A stretch of 64,000 nt of DNA from Actinomycetota bacterium. Lineage in GTDB: Bacteria; Actinomycetota; Actinomycetes; S36-B12. The stretch spans positions 55,893 through 119,892 of the forward strand of contig JAFMCH010000002.1 in NCBI GenBank assembly GCA_017857875.1, given 5' to 3'. The notes under the pieces were generated by a model. The model made no database searches and was not told the origin of the DNA. It saw only the letters and a list, made by a program, of their open reading frames with translations. The position numbers and the translations under genes are program-made. Below, one piece after another: positions 1 to 9,664 of this stretch (position 1 is the stretch's first letter; every line of letters starts with the position of its first letter).

Positions 1-756
1 GTGATTGCCGCGGAGGACACCCGACGGTTACGACGCCTGGCAGCAGATTTGGGTGTCGTGGTCACCGGGCGCGTGATTTCGATGCATGACTCGGTCGAAG
101 CCCAGCGGATTAACGGCATCTTGACCTCATTGTTGGATGGCCTGACGGTCGTCGTCGTCAGTGACGCCGGCATGCCAGCCATCAGTGATCCGGGATACCG
201 GCTCATTCGGGCCGCCATTGACGCCGAGATCGAAATCTCAGTGCTACCGGGCCCAAGTGCCGTGCTGGCCGCTTTGGTGGTGTCGGGTTTGCCGGTGGAT
301 CGTTTCTGTTTTGAAGGGTTCATTCCACGCAAGTCCGCAGAAAGGCAGCGGTATCTCGATGCCCTCACCGAAGAACGGCGAACGATGGTGTTCTTTGAGG
401 CGCCACACCGGATTGAGGCGACGCTGGCTGACCTGATCGCCGCTTTCGGACCCGAGCGGCAGGTGGCCCTGTGTCGCGAATTGACCAAGACGTATGAGGA
501 GGTCATCCGCGGCGATTTGGCTTCCGTGCTGGCATCAGCCCAAGCAACTGCGCCCCGCGGCGAGATCACCCTGGTCGTCGGCGGCGCACCGGCGCCCGAT
601 CGAGTGGGAACTCCACAGGAGTGGGCTGATCAAGTGGCCGCTCATATCGCGGCTGGAGAGACGAAGAAAGACGCCATGATCACGGTCGCTCGACAGCTCG
701 GGGTGCCGCGGCGCGAGGTGTACGACGCCGTGGTGGTGCACCTCGGGCAGCGGTGA
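1..756 (+). CDS. rsmI: 16S rRNA (cytidine1402-2'-O)-methyltransferase RsmI, 5' end cut by window edge
   Basis: The ORF is open from base 1. It carries the tetrapyrrole-methylase-fold motifs SDAGMPAISDPGYRLI and VLPGPSAV...FEGFIPRK typical of RsmI. Confidence 0.85.
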   Translation: MIAAEDTRRLRRLAADLGVVVTGRVISMHDSVEAQRINGILTSLLDGLTVVVVSDAGMPAISDPGYRLIRAAIDAEIEISVLPGPSAVLAALVVSGLPVDRFCFEGFIPRKSAERQRYLDALTEERRTMVFFEAPHRIEATLADLIAAFGPERQVALCRELTKTYEEVIRGDLASVLASAQATAPRGEITLVVGGAPAPDRVGTPQEWADQVAAHIAAGETKKDAMITVARQLGVPRREVYDAVVVHLGQR

Positions 757-776
757 CTTGCGTAGGATCGGCGATC

Positions 777-2363
777 ATGGCCGCTTACTACGTGACGACG
801 CCGATCTACTACGTGAACGACGCCCCGCATATCGGCCACGCCTACACCACCACCGCGGGCGATGTGTTGACTCGCTGGCACCGGCAGCGGGGTGAGTCGG
901 TGTGGTACCAGACTGGAGTCGATGAGCACGGCACCAAAGTGCAGCGGGCGGCTGAAGCCGCAGGAGTTTCTCCCCAGGAGTGGTGCGATCGACTCGTCTC
1001 GCAGGCCTGGATTCCAGTTTTGGATACGATCGATGCGGCGAACGATGGATTCATTCGCACAACGCAGGAACAGCACCGTCTCGGTGTTCAGCGTTTCTGG
1101 GAGGTAGTGCGCGACAACGGTTATGTGTACCAAGCCGACTACGAAGGCCCATATTGCGTGGGTTGCGAGGAATTCAAATTGCCCGGCGACGTGGTAACGA
1201 CCGACGACGGCACGATCATGTGTCCGGTACATGATCGACCGGTTGAGATGCTGAGCGAAGCGAACTGGTTCTTTCGATTATCGGCGTTTACCGAGGCGCT
1301 CATTTCTCACTACGAGAATGATCCGTCCGCAATTGAGCCGGTGAGCGCTCATAACGAGGTGATGAGTTTTCTACGTCAGGGATTGCGCGATATCTCAATG
1401 TCGCGGTCCAGTGTCACGTGGGGGATAGGCCTGCCTTGGGACGAAAAGCAGGTTACCTACGTGTGGTTTGACGCGCTTTTGAATTACATCACCGCCATCG
1501 GTTACGGAACTGAGCCCGGTAGCGAACAGGCGATGGAGTTTGAGCGTATCTGGCCTGCTGATGTGCACCTGGTGGGCAAAGACATCTTGCGTTTTCATGC
1601 CGTGTACTGGCCGGCAATGTTGATGGCTGCTGGGCTTGCGTTGCCGCGCAAGGTGTTTGCGCACGGTTGGTTGTTGGTGGGGGGCGAGAAAATGAGCAAG
1701 ACTCGCCTGACCGGCATCGCTCCAGAGTTCATCGTTGACCACTTTGGATCCGATGCTTTTCGGTATTACTTCATGCGTGCCATCAATTTCGGCCATGATG
1801 GCTCGTTTTCGTGGGAAGACATGAATGCTCGATACACGTCGGAGTTAGCCAATGGGCTTGGCAATCTCGCTTCACGGGGGACGGCCATGGTTGAGCGCTA
1901 TCGCAACGGAGTGCTGCCAGCAGCTGGTCCGCCTACGGATGCGGAAACACACCTGCAGACGCTTTTGCTCAGTACGGTGGAGCGGTGTGATGAGCGAATG
2001 TTGGCGTTGGATTTCGCCGAGGGGATAGCTGCTATTCGCGAGTATGTCGAGGCGGTGAACCTATACGTGACCGAGCAACAACCATGGGCGTTGGCTAAGG
2101 ATGACGCGCAGGCCGAACGTCTCAATTCGGTCCTCTACACGATCATCGAATCGCTGCGTGCGATCTGCGTGTTGTATTTCCCGGTGATGCCCAAAGCGAT
2201 GGCGGCGCTGTGGCAAAGCCTCGGGGCACATGCGGCTCTAGGAGAGATTGCCGATCAGCGAATTCAGTCCACCGCTCAATGGGGGCAGATGCCGGCTGGG
2301 ACGGTAGTGTCGAAGGGCGAAAACCTATTCCCACGGTTAGCCGATGCTGATGTCCAAAGCTGA
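777..2363 (+). CDS. metG: methionine--tRNA ligase
   Basis: Class I aaRS motifs APHIGHAYT (HIGH) and KMSKT (KMSKS) are present. I chose the ATG at 777 (MAAYYVTTPIYY) inside the 753..2363 ORF as the start. Confidence 0.95.
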   Translation: MAAYYVTTPIYYVNDAPHIGHAYTTTAGDVLTRWHRQRGESVWYQTGVDEHGTKVQRAAEAAGVSPQEWCDRLVSQAWIPVLDTIDAANDGFIRTTQEQHRLGVQRFWEVVRDNGYVYQADYEGPYCVGCEEFKLPGDVVTTDDGTIMCPVHDRPVEMLSEANWFFRLSAFTEALISHYENDPSAIEPVSAHNEVMSFLRQGLRDISMSRSSVTWGIGLPWDEKQVTYVWFDALLNYITAIGYGTEPGSEQAMEFERIWPADVHLVGKDILRFHAVYWPAMLMAAGLALPRKVFAHGWLLVGGEKMSKTRLTGIAPEFIVDHFGSDAFRYYFMRAINFGHDGSFSWEDMNARYTSELANGLGNLASRGTAMVERYRNGVLPAAGPPTDAETHLQTLLLSTVERCDERMLALDFAEGIAAIREYVEAVNLYVTEQQPWALAKDDAQAERLNSVLYTIIESLRAICVLYFPVMPKAMAALWQSLGAHAALGEIADQRIQSTAQWGQMPAGTVVSKGENLFPRLADADVQS

Positions 2364-3213
2364 TCAGGGGCGACCATCGACACCTGAACCGCTACCTTCA
2401 CCGGTGGTTGACTCGCACTGTCATCTAGATGTCGTTGACAGGCATCTGAAGGGATCCGACGAGGAACTCGGTGTCGAAGCAGCCCTTGCCCGCGCGGCAT
2501 CGGTAAACGTCACGCGAGTCGTTCAGGTGGGCTGTGACGTCGCATCATCGCGGTGGGCGGTGAGTGTTGCCGAAGAGTTTGATTCGGTGATCGCGGCGGT
2601 TGCAATTCACCCCAATGATGCTGCACGCGTAGGAAACCTCGATGGCGTCCCTGCTCTTGATGCGCAAATCGACGAGATCGAATCGCTCCTGGTGAACCCG
2701 TGCGTTCGTGCAGTGGGTGAGACGGGTCTGGATTACTTTCGAACCGGTGACGATGGCAAACCAGCTCAGCAGCACTCTTTTCGCCGCCATATCAACCTGG
2801 CCAAAAAGTACGACCGCACACTCGTGATTCACGATCGAGATTCCCACGATGATGTCATCGCCATCCTGCGCGAAGAGGGTGCTCCAAATCGCGTTGTTTT
2901 CCACTGCTTTTCCGGCGACGTGGCCATGGCGCGCATCTGCGCTGACAATGGCTGGTGGTGCTCTTTCGCTGGGGTTGTTACGTTTCCCAGTGCCGAGCAA
3001 TTGCGTGAAGCCCTTATTGTCTTGCCACGGGAATTACTTTTGGTCGAGACAGACGCACCATACTTGACGCCCGCGCCCCATCGAGGCCGCGTGAATGCTT
3101 CGTATTTGATCCCGCATACGGTTCAGATGATGTCGGCGACGCGCGGTGAGTCGATAGAGGAACTTTGTTTAGCTCTATGGGACAACAGTATGCGCGCATT
3201 TGGTGTCTGGTAG
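2344..3213 (+). CDS. tatD: TatD-family metal-dependent hydrolase/DNase
   Basis: N-terminal DSHCHLD, HCFSG and ETDAPYLTP motifs are present. Length is 289 aa. The position after metG matches actinobacterial synteny. Confidence 0.85.
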   Translation: MLMSKADQGRPSTPEPLPSPVVDSHCHLDVVDRHLKGSDEELGVEAALARAASVNVTRVVQVGCDVASSRWAVSVAEEFDSVIAAVAIHPNDAARVGNLDGVPALDAQIDEIESLLVNPCVRAVGETGLDYFRTGDDGKPAQQHSFRRHINLAKKYDRTLVIHDRDSHDDVIAILREEGAPNRVVFHCFSGDVAMARICADNGWWCSFAGVVTFPSAEQLREALIVLPRELLLVETDAPYLTPAPHRGRVNASYLIPHTVQMMSATRGESIEELCLALWDNSMRAFGVW

Positions 3214-4081
3214 CGATGCTTCGGGTAACACTGTGAGTGACGGACTCCTTGGCGCCAAGCAGGTGCGTGACATTGCGGAGTCCCTTTTTTTGCGCCCAAC
3301 AAAACAGCGTGGACAGAACTTTGTGATTGATCCGAATACGGTTCGAAGAATTGTGGATCGATCGGCGATTTCCGTGAATGACATCGTGCTCGAGGTTGGT
3401 CCTGGCCTTGGGTCGCTGACGCTCGGCCTACTGCCGCGTGCTGGGCAGGTGGTCGCTATCGAAATTGAGCAGGTGCTAGCTGATCAGCTACCACGAACGG
3501 TTGCCAAACAGCAGCCCGATTCCATCGATCGGCTGATCGTGATTACGGCTGATGCGGGGGCAGTCACGTCGCTTCCGAGCCCACCCACTGCGCTTGTTGC
3601 CAACCTGCCCTACAACGTCGCTGTTCCGGTGTTGCTGAACCTGCTCGCGCGTTTCCCCAGCATTGAGCAAGGTTTGATTCTCGTTCAAGCCGAAGTGGCG
3701 GACCGGTTGGCTGCCGCACCCGGCAGTCGAATCTATGGTGTCCCCTCAGCAAAGCTGGCTTGGTACGCGAAGGCGCAACGGGCTGGTCGGGTTCCGGCGA
3801 GCGTCTTTTGGCCGGTTCCGCGTGTGGAATCCGGGCTCGTTGCCTTCTCGCGACAGCCCGCACCTGATACGGCGGCCTCGCGAGAGCAAACCTTCGAGGT
3901 TATCGACGCTGCTTTTGCTCAGCGTCGCAAGACGTTGCGGGCGGCACTAGCCACGTGGGCGGGATCGCCGGCGCAAGCAGAGCAGATCCTGCTCGCAGCC
4001 GGGGTTGATCCCAGTGTGCGTGGTGAGCAACTAACGGTTTCAGGGTTCGCGCAGATCGCCGCAGCGGGTATGAGGGTGTAG
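3200..4081 (+). CDS. rsmA: 16S rRNA (adenine1518/1519-N6)-dimethyltransferase
   Basis: QNFVIDPN, the SAM-binding motif [10 protein letters not shown] and the NLPYNV motif are present. The exact start is uncertain because the ORF overlaps the tatD 3' end. Confidence 0.9.
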   Translation: MVSGSDASGNTVSDGLLGAKQVRDIAESLFLRPTKQRGQNFVIDPNTVRRIVDRSAISVNDIVLEVGPGLGSLTLGLLPRAGQVVAIEIEQVLADQLPRTVAKQQPDSIDRLIVITADAGAVTSLPSPPTALVANLPYNVAVPVLLNLLARFPSIEQGLILVQAEVADRLAAAPGSRIYGVPSAKLAWYAKAQRAGRVPASVFWPVPRVESGLVAFSRQPAPDTAASREQTFEVIDAAFAQRRKTLRAALATWAGSPAQAEQILLAAGVDPSVRGEQLTVSGFAQIAAAGMRV

Positions 4082-4096
4082 TGCGGTCCACCTAGA

Positions 4097-5023
4097 GTGG
4101 GGGATATGACCGTTCGGGCTAGTGCACCGGCCAAGACGAATGTGGTGTTGTCGGTTGGGCGCAAGCGCGCAGACGGGTACCACGGCCTCGCGACGATATT
4201 TCAGGCATTGGATCTGCGCGATGAAGTGGTGGTAGCTCAGCGACCGGCTGGTGCCGGTGTCCAAGTATCTGTAAGCGGTGCCGATGCGGACGCTGTGCCC
4301 GACGACCACACGAATCTCGCTGCGCAGGCTACCCACTTGATGGCAGAGCGCTATGACATCAGCCCTGATGTGCAGATCACGATCACCAAAGCGATTCCGG
4401 TCGCTGGTGGCATGGCCGGTGGCAGCGCCGACGCTGCGGCAACGCTGGTTGCACTGAATGCACTTTGGCACCTGCACTTGTCGCGAGATGCCTTAGCGGA
4501 ACTTGGTTTTCAACTAGGTTCAGATGTCCCGTTCTCGCTGCACGGGGGCACGATGCTGGGCCTAGGTCGCGGCGAGCGGCTGACACCCGTGCTTTCGACG
4601 GGGGTGCTGCACTGGGTGGTTGCGGTGTGTCATGGCGGACTCTCAACGCCATCGGTATACCGGGAGTTCGACCGGTTGACCGCGAGTCGTAATTGTGGGG
4701 ATCCTAGTGTGCCAGATGCAGCGCTGCAGGCGCTGCGCACCGGTGACGTGGCAGCGCTAGGTGGCCGGTTGGCCAACGACCTGCAACCTGCTGCACTGCA
4801 CTTGATGCCGTCATTGGCTCAGGTGCTCAGCGACGGGAGCGATGCTGGCGCCTTGGGTGGCATCGTTTCGGGAAGCGGCCCAACCGTAGTCTTCCTGGCC
4901 CGAGATCGCGAGCATGCGATAGATCTTGCTGTGCTTATGAGTGCGAGTGGTCGCCTCCGTCGTGTTCACGCCGTTACGGGCGGTGCCCTGGGAGCGACAG
5001 TGGAGTCAACCGACGACGACTAG
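4097..5023 (+). CDS. ispE: 4-diphosphocytidyl-2-C-methyl-D-erythritol kinase
   Basis: N-terminal APAKTN, the GHMP-kinase motif PVAGGMAGGSADAAA and a C-terminal SGSGPT motif are present. An alternative ATG start lies at 4106. Confidence 0.9.
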   Translation: MGDMTVRASAPAKTNVVLSVGRKRADGYHGLATIFQALDLRDEVVVAQRPAGAGVQVSVSGADADAVPDDHTNLAAQATHLMAERYDISPDVQITITKAIPVAGGMAGGSADAAATLVALNALWHLHLSRDALAELGFQLGSDVPFSLHGGTMLGLGRGERLTPVLSTGVLHWVVAVCHGGLSTPSVYREFDRLTASRNCGDPSVPDAALQALRTGDVAALGGRLANDLQPAALHLMPSLAQVLSDGSDAGALGGIVSGSGPTVVFLARDREHAIDLAVLMSASGRLRRVHAVTGGALGATVESTDDD

Positions 5024-5058
5024 CGTATGTGCCCTGCCGTAGGTATTTGCTGTGACGG

Positions 5059-5670
5059 TTACTGTTTTGAGTCAGATCGCAACGGTTGTGGCGAGGATTC
5101 CAGATGTGACAGTCCATTCCAGGCAAGGTTGACGATGTGGGCGACGACTTCCTCTTTCCGCGGCTTACGCACATCGAGCCACCACTGTCCGGTGAGCGCA
5201 GTCATCCCCACCAGCATTCGCGAATACGCCGGAGCTAAGCCTTTCGGTAGTCCATGGGCGGCAAATTGTTGGGCCAGTTCATCTTCGACCTGCCCCGCGA
5301 TATCGACGATCAGGCTCGCGAAGGATCCCGTTTGTTGCGAGACGGGTGAGTCACGTACCAAAATCGCAAAACCCTCGGAGTTCTCGTCAATGTAGTCAAA
5401 AAGAGCGAGGCCGGCTTGTTCAAGGAGTTGCCGCGGATGGTCGCCATCAAGCGCGCTCGTTATGCGCTCCATCAGGGTGTTCATTTCGCGGTCCACGACC
5501 ACGGCGTAAAGACCTTCTTTGCCGCCAAAGTGTTCATAAACAACTGGTTTTGACACGTCAGCTTTAGCCGCGATCTCTTCTACGCTGACCGCCTCGTAGC
5601 CCTTTTCGGCGAACAACTTTCGCCCCACCGCCAACAGTTGCTCGCGCCGTTCGCGGCCAGACATACGCAT
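5059..5670 (-). CDS. TetR-family transcriptional regulator
   Basis: An N-terminal TetR HTH is present (EKGYEAVSVEEIAAKADVSKPVVYEHFGGKEGLY). The gene lies 17 nt downstream of the desaturase gene on the same strand. Confidence 0.9.
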   Translation of the reverse strand: MRMSGRERREQLLAVGRKLFAEKGYEAVSVEEIAAKADVSKPVVYEHFGGKEGLYAVVVDREMNTLMERITSALDGDHPRQLLEQAGLALFDYIDENSEGFAILVRDSPVSQQTGSFASLIVDIAGQVEDELAQQFAAHGLPKGLAPAYSRMLVGMTALTGQWWLDVRKPRKEEVVAHIVNLAWNGLSHLESSPQPLRSDSKQ

Positions 5671-5686
5671 GGAGTGACCTTAGTCG

Positions 5687-6691
5687 TCAGGAAGGAGATG
5701 TGGGTTCGACCCAGCCCGGAATCCGACGGCGCACCTTCGGATCCTTCAACCGTGCGGCGAGTCGTTCGGGTCTGGGCCAGCGCACGTCAGTGATCAGTCG
5801 AATCTTTTCCATGACGCGAATAATCTCGGCGCTCGCGTCGAACTGGCCACGCAGAACGCCGTGACGCGCGGACGTGGGATCAGCGTGGTGCAGGTTATGC
5901 CATGACTCACCCAGTGATGGAAAGGCGAGCCAGGGAACGTTCGTGGCGTTGTCGCGTGTCCTAAACGGGCGGGTGCCAAACACGTGACAGATGGAGTTAA
6001 TCGACCATGTCACGTGGTGCAACAAGGCGACGCGAATGAGGCCGGCCCAGAAGAATGCTGTGAGGGCACCGAGCCATGACCAGGTGATCAATCCACCAGC
6101 GATGGCGGGAAGCAACAGCGACGCCGCGACGAGCCAGCCAAAGTTGCGCGAGAGCCAATCGAGGTCGCGATCGGCACGAATATCGGGCGCATACCGATCG
6201 ATGGAGGTGTTCTGGTTGTCAAATAACCAGCCCACGTGTGCAAAGGCGAGACCCTTGGCGAGGGCCTTGCGAGAGGTGCCGTAGCGCCACGGACTATGGG
6301 GATCGCCCACGTCGTCACTGCGGGCATGGTGCAGACGGTGATCGGCCACCCACTGGTCGAGTGAGCCTTGAATGGCAAGGCCTCCTGCAAGAGCAAGGCC
6401 GACGCGGACGAACCGACCTGATTTGAATGAGCCGTGAGTGAAGAGTCGGTGGTAGCCAATGGTGATGCCGATGGCCGACACCAGGTAGAACAGCGCCGCT
6501 AGGCCCACGTCGAGCCACGACAGCCAGCCGCCCCATGCCACCGGTATGGCCGCGACAACAGCAAGTAGCGGAACGACAACGAAGGCTCCGATAGTTATGC
6601 GCATGCCGATGGCCAAGGGCACCGTCGCTGGTGCAGCCTTGGGGTTTGCAGTCATCGTGGACTGAGTGGGAGCGGGTGATGTGGACGCCAT
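5687..6691 (-). CDS. membrane acyl-CoA (stearoyl-CoA-type) fatty acid desaturase
   Basis: Three His boxes (HRLFTH, HRLHHARSD, HNLHHADP) and hydrophobic spans are present. I moved the start to the ATG at 6691, which is preceded by GAGGAG. The longer 430-aa ORF runs antisense through tRNA-Gln. Confidence 0.85.
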   Translation of the reverse strand: MASTSPAPTQSTMTANPKAAPATVPLAIGMRITIGAFVVVPLLAVVAAIPVAWGGWLSWLDVGLAALFYLVSAIGITIGYHRLFTHGSFKSGRFVRVGLALAGGLAIQGSLDQWVADHRLHHARSDDVGDPHSPWRYGTSRKALAKGLAFAHVGWLFDNQNTSIDRYAPDIRADRDLDWLSRNFGWLVAASLLLPAIAGGLITWSWLGALTAFFWAGLIRVALLHHVTWSINSICHVFGTRPFRTRDNATNVPWLAFPSLGESWHNLHHADPTSARHGVLRGQFDASAEIIRVMEKIRLITDVRWPRPERLAARLKDPKVRRRIPGWVEPTSPS

Positions 6692-6745
6692 GGGTAACTC
6701 CTCGGCTGATGCTGGCCACGCAGCAACGCAACCTACGCCACCGTA

Positions 6746-6763
6746 ACCTACGGAGCCGTAGGT
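6746..6763. promoter_or_regulatory. 8-2-8 inverted repeat, candidate TetR operator
   Basis: ACCTACGG-AG-CCGTAGGT lies 55 nt upstream of the desaturase start codon. An extra AACCTACG half-site copy lies at 6730-6737. Confidence 0.3.
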
Positions 6764-6868
6764 CGCCCAATGGAGGTCGGGTTTTGCGCTGAGACCAACC
6801 AGCATGGGCAAGGCCGGATCCCCCATAGATCCCCCGACAGGGCGGGGTGGCACACTTAGGCGCTGCAA

Positions 6869-6939
6869 TCCCGGCTCGTCTAATGGCAGGACAAGAGACT
6901 TTGAATCTCTGAATGGGGGTTCGACTCCCTCGCCGGGAG
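6869..6939 (+). tRNA. tRNA-Gln (anticodon UUG)
   Basis: Hand fold: acceptor TCCCGGC/GCCGGGA, D arm GTCT-AATGGCA-GGAC, anticodon arm AGAGA-CTTTGAA-TCTCT, T arm GGGGG-TTCGACT-CCCTC, discriminator G. No CCA is encoded. Confidence 0.85.
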
Positions 6940-6967
6940 CTGAGGTCGAGGGGTAGGGTGCGACCCG

Positions 6968-8479
6968 ATGAACGCCCATCCCGGCTCGAGCCCACCGGTC
7001 GTGGTCATCCTCGCCGCTGGCGAGGGCACGCGAATGAGATCAGCGCGACCTAAAGTCCTGCATTCCATCGCCGGCCGAACGCTGCTTCAACACGTGATTG
7101 CCGCTGCCGCGGCTGTCGAACCGGCCCATGTCATGGTGGTGGTCGGGCACGGCAAGGACGAGGTCATTGCCCACCTCGACGAGGTGGCTCCCTGGGTTGA
7201 CACGGTCGTGCAGCAGGTGCGGGCAGGCACCGGCAACGCGGTTCGCGTGGCCATGGATGCGCTCATCCGGGGCGGACACCTGACACTAGAGGGCAGCGGC
7301 CCGGTGATCGTGTTGAGCGGGGACACACCACTACTGACCGGCGAAACTGTCAGGCACCTTTTGCTTACCCACCAGACACAGGCCGCGGTCGGAACATTGC
7401 TCAGCGCTCAGTTGCGTGATCCGGCAGGTTACGGACGCATCGTCCGCGACGACGCAGGGGACATATCGGCCATTGTTGAAGACAAAGATGCCGATCTTGT
7501 GGTTCGAGCCATCGACGAGATCAATGCTGGCATGTATGTCTTCGAAGTGGAGCAATTGCTTGCGGCGCTCTCTCAATTGACGACTGATAACGCCCAAGGC
7601 GAGGAATACCTGACCGACGTGCTCGCCTCGCTGCGCGAACGAAGCCACCGGCTGATTGCGGAATTGGTCACTGATGTAGACGAGATCCTTGGCGTCAATG
7701 ATCTCGTTCAGTTGGCGCAGGCCGCAGCGATCATGCGCGATCGCATCAACGAAGGATGGATGCGTGCAGGTGTGGCGATGATCGACCCCGCCAGCGTGTG
7801 GATTGATGTTGATGTCGACCTCGAACCTGATGTTGTCCTCATGCCGCAAACGCATTTGGTGGGACCGACGAGCGTAGCTTCCGGAGCTCAAATTGGGCCC
7901 GGCACAACCCTGACAAGTTGCGAGGTCGCGGCTGACGCGATGGTGCGACACACAGTTGCCGAGTTGGCGGTGATTGGCCCGCGGGCGACGGTCGGGCCAT
8001 TTACCTACCTGCGACCGGGCACGAGATTGGGTGCGGGGTCGAAGGCTGGTGCATATGTAGAAATGAAGAACGCTGATCTTGGAGATGGTGCCAAGGTGCC
8101 GCATTTGTCCTATGTCGGCGATGCCACGATTGGCGAGAACAGCAATATTGGTGCGGCCACAGTCTTCGTCAATTACGACGGTGTGGCCAAACACCACACG
8201 GTGGTTGGCCGCGATGTTCGAATCGGCAGTGACTCAATGTTGATCGCCCCGGTTGAGATTGCAGATGGTGCCTATACCGCGGCGGGTTCGGTCATTACCG
8301 ATGATGTCCCGCCAGGTGCAATGGCGGTCGGCCGAGCGCGTCAACGAAATATTACGGGGTGGGTTGCTCGGCGCCGCGCTGATACCGCCTCGGCTGTGTC
8401 GGCACACTCAGCAGAAGAAGCCTTGAAATCCACATCATCTGAGTCGGGTATTCCGGCATCGAAGGAAGGAGATCAGTGA
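6968..8479 (+). CDS. glmU: bifunctional UDP-N-acetylglucosamine pyrophosphorylase / glucosamine-1-phosphate N-acetyltransferase
   Basis: The N-terminal nucleotidyltransferase motif LAAGEGTRMRS..PKVLH is present. The C-terminal half shows hexapeptide-repeat (left-handed beta-helix) character. Length is 503 aa. Confidence 0.95.
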   Translation: MNAHPGSSPPVVVILAAGEGTRMRSARPKVLHSIAGRTLLQHVIAAAAAVEPAHVMVVVGHGKDEVIAHLDEVAPWVDTVVQQVRAGTGNAVRVAMDALIRGGHLTLEGSGPVIVLSGDTPLLTGETVRHLLLTHQTQAAVGTLLSAQLRDPAGYGRIVRDDAGDISAIVEDKDADLVVRAIDEINAGMYVFEVEQLLAALSQLTTDNAQGEEYLTDVLASLRERSHRLIAELVTDVDEILGVNDLVQLAQAAAIMRDRINEGWMRAGVAMIDPASVWIDVDVDLEPDVVLMPQTHLVGPTSVASGAQIGPGTTLTSCEVAADAMVRHTVAELAVIGPRATVGPFTYLRPGTRLGAGSKAGAYVEMKNADLGDGAKVPHLSYVGDATIGENSNIGAATVFVNYDGVAKHHTVVGRDVRIGSDSMLIAPVEIADGAYTAAGSVITDDVPPGAMAVGRARQRNITGWVARRRADTASAVSAHSAEEALKSTSSESGIPASKEGDQ

Positions 8480-9471
8480 GCAGCCTTACGATCCCCCCGA
8501 GTAAGCGCCTGGTGCTGTTGTCAGGACGGTCACACCCAGAACTCAGTCAAGAGGTAGCCGATCAACTTGACGTTGATCTGTGTCCGGTATCCGCCTATGA
8601 CTTTGCCAATGGCGAGATTTTCGTCCGGTTTAAAGAATCTGTGCGCGGCTGTGACGCCTTTGTTCTGCAAAGCCACACCGCGCCCATCAACACCTGGATC
8701 ATGGAGCAGTTGATCATGGTCGATGCGCTCAAGCGTGCTTCGGCAAAGCGCATCACCGTCATCGCCCCGTTTTATGGCTACGCCCGTCAGGACAAGAAGC
8801 ATCGTGGCCGTGAGCCGGTATCGGCCCGTCTCATGGCTGATCTGTTCAAGGCAGCTGGCGCGGATCGGCTGATCTCGGTTGACCTGCACACGTCACAGAT
8901 TCAGGGTTTCTTTGACGGGCCCGTCGATCATCTGTTCGCCCTCCCGTTGCTTGCGGATCACGTCGCCAAGAATGTCGATCGGTCACTCATCACGGTGGTC
9001 TCGCCCGATGCGGGGCGGGTGCGCGTGGCTGAAAAGTGGACAGACATCCTCGGCGCCCCTTTGGCCATCATTCACAAGCGTCGCGATCCTGATGTGCCTA
9101 ATCAGGTGACGATGCTGGAGGTTGTGGGCGATGTTCAGGGGCGGATATGTGTCGTGGTCGACGACATGATCGACACCGGCGGCACGATCGTGCAAGCTGC
9201 CGAAACCCTGTTCAACAATGGAGCGGCCCAGGTGATTGTGGCAGCTACTCATGGCATCTTGAGTGATCCTGCGCGCGAGCGGCTGGAGAATTCCCGCATT
9301 AGTGACGTCATTGTGACCAACACGCTTCCGATCGCTCCTGATCGGGTCTTTGACAAGCTGACCGTGCTATCGATTGCACCGTTATTAGCCAAGGCGATTT
9401 ACGAGGTATTCACCGATGGCTCAGTCACACGAATGTTTGAGCCCGACGAGCCGGCGCTGGTGGTGAACTAG
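8476..9471 (+). CDS. prs: ribose-phosphate pyrophosphokinase
   Basis: YGYARQDKK, DLHTSQIQGFF and the PRPP-binding VVDDMIDTGGT motif are present. The start forms a GTGA overlap with the glmU stop. Confidence 0.95.
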   Translation: MSSLTIPPSKRLVLLSGRSHPELSQEVADQLDVDLCPVSAYDFANGEIFVRFKESVRGCDAFVLQSHTAPINTWIMEQLIMVDALKRASAKRITVIAPFYGYARQDKKHRGREPVSARLMADLFKAAGADRLISVDLHTSQIQGFFDGPVDHLFALPLLADHVAKNVDRSLITVVSPDAGRVRVAEKWTDILGAPLAIIHKRRDPDVPNQVTMLEVVGDVQGRICVVVDDMIDTGGTIVQAAETLFNNGAAQVIVAATHGILSDPARERLENSRISDVIVTNTLPIAPDRVFDKLTVLSIAPLLAKAIYEVFTDGSVTRMFEPDEPALVVN

Positions 9472-9569
9472 CCCTTCGCGGCTAGTGATCCCCCTGTCAT
9501 TCGCTTCGTCGGTGGGGGTAAGGTGGGGTTGTTCTAGGCGAGGGTGGCGCATGCTTCACCGTTATCGAC

Positions 9570-9597
9570 AGAACCAGAGCGTCACGCTCATGGTTCT
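9570..9597 (+). promoter_or_regulatory. stem-loop in prs-rplY intergenic region
   Basis: AGAACCAGAGCG-TCA-CGCTC(A)TGGTTCT forms 12 bp with one bulged A. There is no T-tract. Confidence 0.35.
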
Positions 9598-9664
9598 TCG
9601 CGGTTGGCTTGTGACGTAACCGAGCTAAATGTCCGCTGATAGCAATGACTAAAGGAGTCTCCAC

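Noticed and set aside
5037-5044. A third copy of the CCGTAGGT half-site, between the ispE and TetR gene ends
   Set aside because: This is a single 8-mer in a 3'-3' intergenic spacer. About two chance occurrences of any given 8-mer are expected on both strands in 64 kb.
5687-6979. A 430-aa version of the desaturase ORF with a ~95-aa N-terminal extension
   Set aside because: The extension is read antisense straight through the tRNA-Gln gene (6869-6939) and has no desaturase-like sequence. An ATG at 6691 with a GAGGAG ribosome-binding site gives a normal-length (335 aa) desaturase.
7331-8197. A 288-aa ORF antisense to glmU. Similar long antisense or alternate-frame ORFs lie at 642-1232, 6315-6995, 11527-12114, 17429-18004, 20585-21361, 24039-24584, 25357-26079, 35749-36303, 37370-37969, 39497-40192, 48006-48479 and 58058-58771.
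   Set aside because: These are typical shadow ORFs of GC-rich coding DNA. They have Arg/Pro/Ser/Gly-biased, low-complexity translations with no motifs. Each fully overlaps a gene that has strong family signatures.
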